In this document: positions 58,224-64,000 of the stretch, piece by piece
How positions within the stretch are numbered: the stretch's first letter is position 1
Layout: the number at the start of each line of letters is the position of its first letter
Made by a program: the position numbers and the translations under genes
The notes under the pieces: generated by a model
Seen by the model: the letters and a program-made list of their open reading frames with translations, nothing else
Database searches by the model: none
What the model was told of the DNA's origin: nothing
Assembly (NCBI GenBank): GCA_964252035.1
Contig: OZ176206.1
Length of the DNA: 64,000 nt
Source: Podarcis erhardii
Taxonomy: Eukaryota
Reading direction: 5' to 3' (one strand)

Positions 58224-60809
58224 TTCAACTTTGAATTCTTGTTATAAAAAAGTGCACCTAGACATTCCGTTGTTGCACCCATAACCTAGATTTAAGGTGC
58301 CATTTAGCTCCTAGCTTTTATATCTCAGTTTCTAATACTGGTCAGAAGGAGGCAATTCCTACGAATGTATTCCAGGTGGCGAGATGTGGTACTTGCTAAG
58401 CCTCTCTTATGGAAATGATGAAAGTAACATTCCGCATATGACATCATGCAAAACCACCTCAGGATAACTTGGCTACAGTGCACCTCAATACTGCCACAGA
58501 TACACTTGATGAGCAAAATCCAATAATCAACAAGGAGAGAATGCAATCAAGACTCTTTCCAAGGATGAACAACAACAACAACATTCCCTGGCCAGACTGC
58601 CCAATGCAGAAGGCATTTGTAAGTGTAGAAAAAACATGCACCCATTTTCTGCTGGATTCTAGAATGTCACAAATGGAGAGGACGAAGTATCTAGACCACC
58701 AGGCTTGAAACTCAACTTGGCTTCAAAGAAATTGCAGCACAACCCTCCTTCGTCCAAAATGCTTAGGTAGACATGCTCTATCAAAAATCAAAACCACAAC
58801 CTGGGGAACTCCCTCCCTGCCCCCTTTTAAAATTGTGTTCACATCCATTTTGTGCTGTAAAATAATTTTATGACATATACAACAAACTAGTCAGAAAGTC
58901 TGCCTTGGAGACTTCCCTGTGATCTTTGCCCATGCATGATGCAGAGGGAATCTCACCCTGCTTCTCAAAATCATCAATTCACCATGCCTTCGCCAACCTG
59001 GCACCCTTCATCTGCCCTGTAGTACAACTCCCACCTGCCTTTGCCTTTGGTACTCCAAAACATCTGAAGGGCACCAGGTTGGCAAAGGATAGGTTAGGTA
59101 GCTAGTATCCCCCGACTTGCTGTGTTTATTGTTAGTCCCTCCAGTTATTCTCTCAAAATGGTTGATCTGAAAAGTGACAGTTCAGTTGTTCAGGAAATAG
59201 GATGATGGCAACAATTTACATGGCTTCTTTGCCTACTTGAGAATTTGTCTTTGTCCCTGCCAGCTGGCTCTAGCCACTTGCCCACTCTACTTTGGCATGT
59301 GTTGAAGTCATCATGGGTAAGGTGCCCGACAAGGCCCATTAATAACACCTACCCAGGGCCCACTGCTTTGAGCAGCACTGGGGGGGGGGGAGGTTGGGTC
59401 GAGTTACTATTTTAATTTTCCCCAGTGCCCCCAGTATAGAATTACCCCAGGGCATTGTGGGAATCAGGCCCAGTTGCCCGGCACTGCTTGCAGCAAGGAC
59501 TGCAGCAACTAAGTAACACTCCCAGGGCTCCTGGAGAGAGGACAAGGCCTACCAATCAGATGGAGCTGGTGCTGGCCACACAGGCTGTTGGGTAGAGCCC
59601 CATAATCTATGTGCTGCCTAATCTTCTGCAGTTCTAAATAAATTAGCATTGTTGTATTATATTGCCAAGGCTCTCTAGTGAAGTACCATTTAAATGAAAA
59701 AGCACAGCCAGAAAAGCATTAGTACTAAATAAAATACAAAAAGGTGTTAAAAATGGTGCCCATCACAAACGTTATAGTGAACATGTGCTGAGATTCAAGT
59801 GGCTTCTCAGGTGAATTAAACTTCCCCAGCCACAACAGCCCACTGGGGTGCATGGAACATAGTTGAATGACCACACAGAAGAAATGCAGCAGTTATAAGG
59901 AGTCAATCCATGGCAATTCTGCTTGCAGCTTACAGCTGAAGTATAGTGACTATGAACACTAGAAGCCCCCAGACTCCATCAGAAGACAGCCCAAGGCAAT
60001 GCACAACATTTTGCCGAAAACCATCAACCTATTGCCGAAAAAGGTGCCACGAAAACCATAAGCAGTACTGTCCTTTGACAATTTTGGAATGCAACTGCTG
60101 ACTGGAGTCTGGCATCCTATGGCAACAGCAGAGCCAATGCAGACCCAAGCAGGTCAGCCAATGAATGCGGAAGAGAGGAGAAGAGAAGCAAGGCAGGTGT
60201 CAAGTGTATGTTAACTCTCAGGGTTGGATTGATAGCAAGGCATGTTGCCTAGCAGCCAGAGGAGAAGGAAGACACTCAGTGCAGCCATGTGGGTTTTCTA
60301 AAAAAAATTAAAGTGGAAAAATTTCAGATGCAAATTAAGGTAATTTGCATTGAAAAAAATTCAGTTTGCATCGGAAAATTATCTTCTACCCAGGAGTGAT
60401 CTCATTTCGGATGTTTACTGTATTACTCAGCAGATATTCTCCCAGCTGCTTGCAGTGCGGTTTGCAGGGCATCATCTCTCCCTCCCTGGCAAAACTGACT
60501 CGCAGTGGAAACCCCTGGAGTGCCTGTGGTTATACAAAGCCCTAGTCACCGGGCTGGGTCAGTGGCCTGCGTGGCGTCCAGAGGAACCTGGGCCTTCAGA
60601 GGCACAGTTGTCCTAGCCACAGAGGCCTCTGTCTCTCTGCCAGGGAAAAGCTCAAGCAGTCAACTGCAGCGCCTTTCATTTCTCACCCAGCTCATCTTCC
60701 TCCGCCTGCCCTGTGCCAGACGGACGGGTTGCCATGTCTGCAGCTAAGCCTCTTGGGGAAGTCTTTTTTTGTAAAAAAAAAATTGTGTGTTGCCTACCCA
60801 AGGGAGAGA

Positions 60810-61270
60810 AAATGAAGATGTCGGCTCAGTGTGCAGCAGCTGTGAAAGAGGCAAATTCCATGCTAGGGATCATTAGGAAAGGAATTTAAAATAAAACTGC
60901 CAATACCATAATGCTGTTATACAAATCTATGCTGCAACTGCTCTTAGAATATTGTGTACAGTCCAGGTCCTCTCACCCCAAAAAAGGATATTGTAGACCT
61001 GGAAAATGTTTAGAAAAAGGCAGCCAAAAGGATCAAGGTGAAGAAAGGCTGCAGCATTTGAGGCTTTTTAGTTTAGAGAAAAAAGATATACGAAGCAACA
61101 AGACAGAAGTTTATAATAGCTATGCTGTACCTTCACTATCAGAGGCAGTATGCATCTGAATACCAGTTGCTGGAGGTGAGAGTGCTGATGAGCTCTGGTC
61201 CAGCTTGAAGGCTCCCCATAAGGTCATTTGACTGGCCACTACTGGATGCTGAACTAAATGGGCCGTTGGC
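60810..61270 (+). mobile_element. CR1 3' fragment
   Basis: QCAAAVKEANSMLGIIRKG...IMLLYKSMLQLLLEYCVQ...ERLQHLRLFSLEK, then CR1 3'UTR. Confidence 0.8.
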
Positions 61271-61937
61271 AAGTGGCACAGTCACAGCATGTGCCAAGTG
61301 GTACAGTAACAGCATGCCAAAATGATGGCAATAGCATGAAGCCACAGCGTGCAACGGAAAGCTTCTCTCTTTTGCAGTATTTATTATTGCACTTCCTCAT
61401 TCAACACTACTATTCCTGTCAGGCCCAATGCCTAAAGTGATCCTGGCACTCAGGCCCAGCAAACCCAAAGGCTGACACTTGACCTTTGAATGACAAGACA
61501 TTCTCAGGAAGGCTCAGTGTCATGCCACCAGGCAGTTCCTGGATTGAAATGGACCTGAACCATCTTGTTTGGCCCCGTGGAACCTCCAGCTGCAGGAGCA
61601 GTGTGCACCCCTCAACTCCAGTGGTTATAGGGCCTCCCCCTTGTGGGCTTCTCAGAGGCACCTCTGACTGAGCACTGCAGGGAGCAGAGGGGCCTGTGGG
61701 TGGTGTGACAAGATAAGGTGCTTAACAACAGCGGGGCCCTTGTTCTGTTTAACTCAAATGCCCCTTTCCTCTATGCTGCAGGGTCAAGCTCTGAAAATGC
61801 TAGGTCTCTGCAAGTCTGCAACAAAAGGGCTGCTTGTGAATGGTGCTGACTGATGGCATCAACTGTGATGCTAAGAAACTGCTTCCCTTCCCAGCTCCAG
61901 AAGAGTATTTTAAAAAAGCAACAGAGGAATGTTTCAG

Positions 61938-61956
61938 ATATATATATATATATATA
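61938..61956. repeat. (AT)n microsatellite
   Basis: Read directly from sequence. Confidence 0.85.
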
Positions 61957-63519
61957 AAAGCAGGTAGCCCAACGTAGCCATCGAGGCAGGGCAAGTCCAA
62001 TGGCAACCCAGCCAGATGGGTAGGGTATAAATAATAAAATTATTATGAATATTATGTGTGACAATTCCTCCCTCACGCCCATTTTCCCCTCCCCTTCTTC
62101 GGTTGCTTCCTGTGTGCCATATTCTACACCACAAGCTCCAGAGCCAAGGCATCCTCTCACTCTTCATAAAGCACCATTTTCATGAATGGACCTAGATCAG
62201 TAATAAAGGGGTAGTTGTCATTCAAGATGAGAAGTCAGGAGGGAAGTAGGATTTCCATTTGTCATTGAGGGGCCCACCAAGAGTTATTTTCTGTATTATA
62301 TCCACCTTCACCCCGTATTCCACCTTCTCTCCAACACTTTAGGCAGGAGAGCTACAGGACGAGGCCCAAGCATCTCCTTTCAGGGGTTGCCACCACCTGG
62401 TCCTCACAGCCAAACAATCCGCTGCTCCTCTGAAGCCAGACAAAACTCTGCAGCTGCTCATCTTCTGCTCAAAGCGCGGAGCCAACTGTCACTTTGCTGC
62501 TTCTGGCACACCTGTCACGGATGGTCCCCACTGCAGGCAGCCAGTCACTGCAGACCCCGGAGCTATTTTCAGAATGCTTTGGAGAGATGGTTTTGGAAGT
62601 GTTGCCAGTCTCCACACCACATATACTCCCTCTCTCACACACGCTATTTTAATCCTTAAGTTGTACTTTTGCAGGGTAGCCTAAATATCAATCACCATTG
62701 CGGACAACAGATTCAGAGATGGATGTTTACAGAGAAAGGGTTAATATTAAGATGGCAGTGAGCAGGGCAGAAGAAAAAAATTTGTACAAATGTTGTGCAC
62801 ATGAAGGGGGAGGATTAAGCATTGCCTACCACAGACAACAAATGAATCAGGAGCGTGTCATCGGCAATAAAACACCACCCCCATATTATCCACCATATTG
62901 CCTATACTTCTGACCAAGTAGCATGGGATGCCAGTATGAAATTAATGTAAAATTAAGCTGTTGTGTATATGGTGCCCATTACATGGAATGACCAAGTCCA
63001 CATCTGCTAATCTGGGAGAGTGACAATGAGTTTCCCACAGCACCTGCTCAGATATGCCATCAAGAGAGGGAGGGAGGGTTGCCTCCTGTACCTATACTTG
63101 GGACTCACTTCCTCACTTGGCCCAGCCAACGTGGTCCAGAGAGAGGCTTGTGGGCCAATATCATTATCCTCTTTTAAGTATGGCTCCTCCAGGACAAACA
63201 TACCTGCTGGCTGGGATAAACTGGCTGTAATATACAAGTGATATACAAGAGGACCGAAACATGAAAAGAACTTTGATCTGCAGTCATTGTACAAAAGAAA
63301 AGACTAAGAATCCTGCTGCAATGGAGTCCTCCAAGAAGTTCATGACAACAAACAGAATTGACCAGAGAGCTGCAGAGAAGAGAGATAATAACAGCCCTAT
63401 GGTTTCATTATGAGTAACGCTAACAATGTGTGATCCCTATCCCACCTTTTCATATATAAGCTAAAACCTGAAGTGAAGAATAGAGAAGCCCAACAGCAGG
63501 ATTCAAAAATAACAAGGGG

Positions 63520-63890
63520 TTCTGGGGTTTCCGTAAATCATAAGCTAAATGCAGGCCAACTCTGATGTGGTGGCGAAAATGACAAATGCAATTCTAGGCT
63601 ACATTAGCAGAAAAAAGGCATCTAGAAGATGTTGTTGTAACAGCATCACCCATCTCTGCTTAGGTTGCACTACACCTGGACTGCCATGCCCACTTCTGTG
63701 TAACACAGTTTAAGAAGGATATTGGTAGACTGGAAAATGTCCAGAGAGGGCAGGAGGCCAAGTCCTAAGAGGAGGAGAGGCCTACAGTGCTTTGAATGTG
63801 TAGCCTGGGTAAGAGGATTAAGAGGTGAGACGATAGCCATCTGAGACGATAGCCATCTTCAAAGAACTGAAAGGCTGTCACAAAGATGAT
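63520..63890 (+). mobile_element. Decayed CR1 ORF2 fragment
   Basis: NAILGYISR...FKKDIGRLENVQR...IAIFKELKGCH motifs; tandem duplication of tgagacgatagccatc. Confidence 0.65.
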
Positions 63891-64000
63891 GGACCAAACT
63901 TCCTTTGGTCCAATTAGCTCAGAAAGGACTACTCTGGCAGAAGCAGCCCCTCTGAGGGTCTCTGTCAGAGAGAAACGTCTTTCTCAGACTGCTCCTGAGG

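Noticed and set aside
52937-64000. Search for canonical MTSS2 exon 1 (METAEKECGALGGLF...)
   Set aside because: No matching sequence or CpG island found; it presumably lies beyond the window

Overview
Vertebrate genomic DNA, most likely a lacertid lizard (inferred from Sauria SINE, squamate CR1/L2/L1 remnants and hAT/Tc1 MITEs). It holds two convergent genes. SF3B3 (+) contributes its last 12 coding exons (99-10959) with a polyA signal at 11494. MTSS2/MTSS1L/ABBA (-) contributes coding exons 2-15 (52690 down to 17436), including a 9-nt microexon, and a probable ~3.7 kb 3'UTR ending near 13690; its canonical exon 1 was not found and should lie beyond 64000. All 26 exons were mapped by hand with GT-AG boundaries and consistent phase. 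Exon numbers follow the human genes, and comparisons to human/mouse proteins are from memory and were not computed. The rest is intron with fragmented transposons. I found no convincing wholly new biological system, no CRISPR array and no RNA gene. Best leads: (1) IL34, which lies between SF3B3 and MTSS2 in human, is not recognisable in the ~2.2 kb gap; (2) several in-frame alternative-splicing options in MTSS2, namely an MTSS1-like 45-nt donor extension with a YCAY cluster, an 84-nt alternative acceptor, the microexon and a candidate alternative first exon with a strong Kozak ATG.
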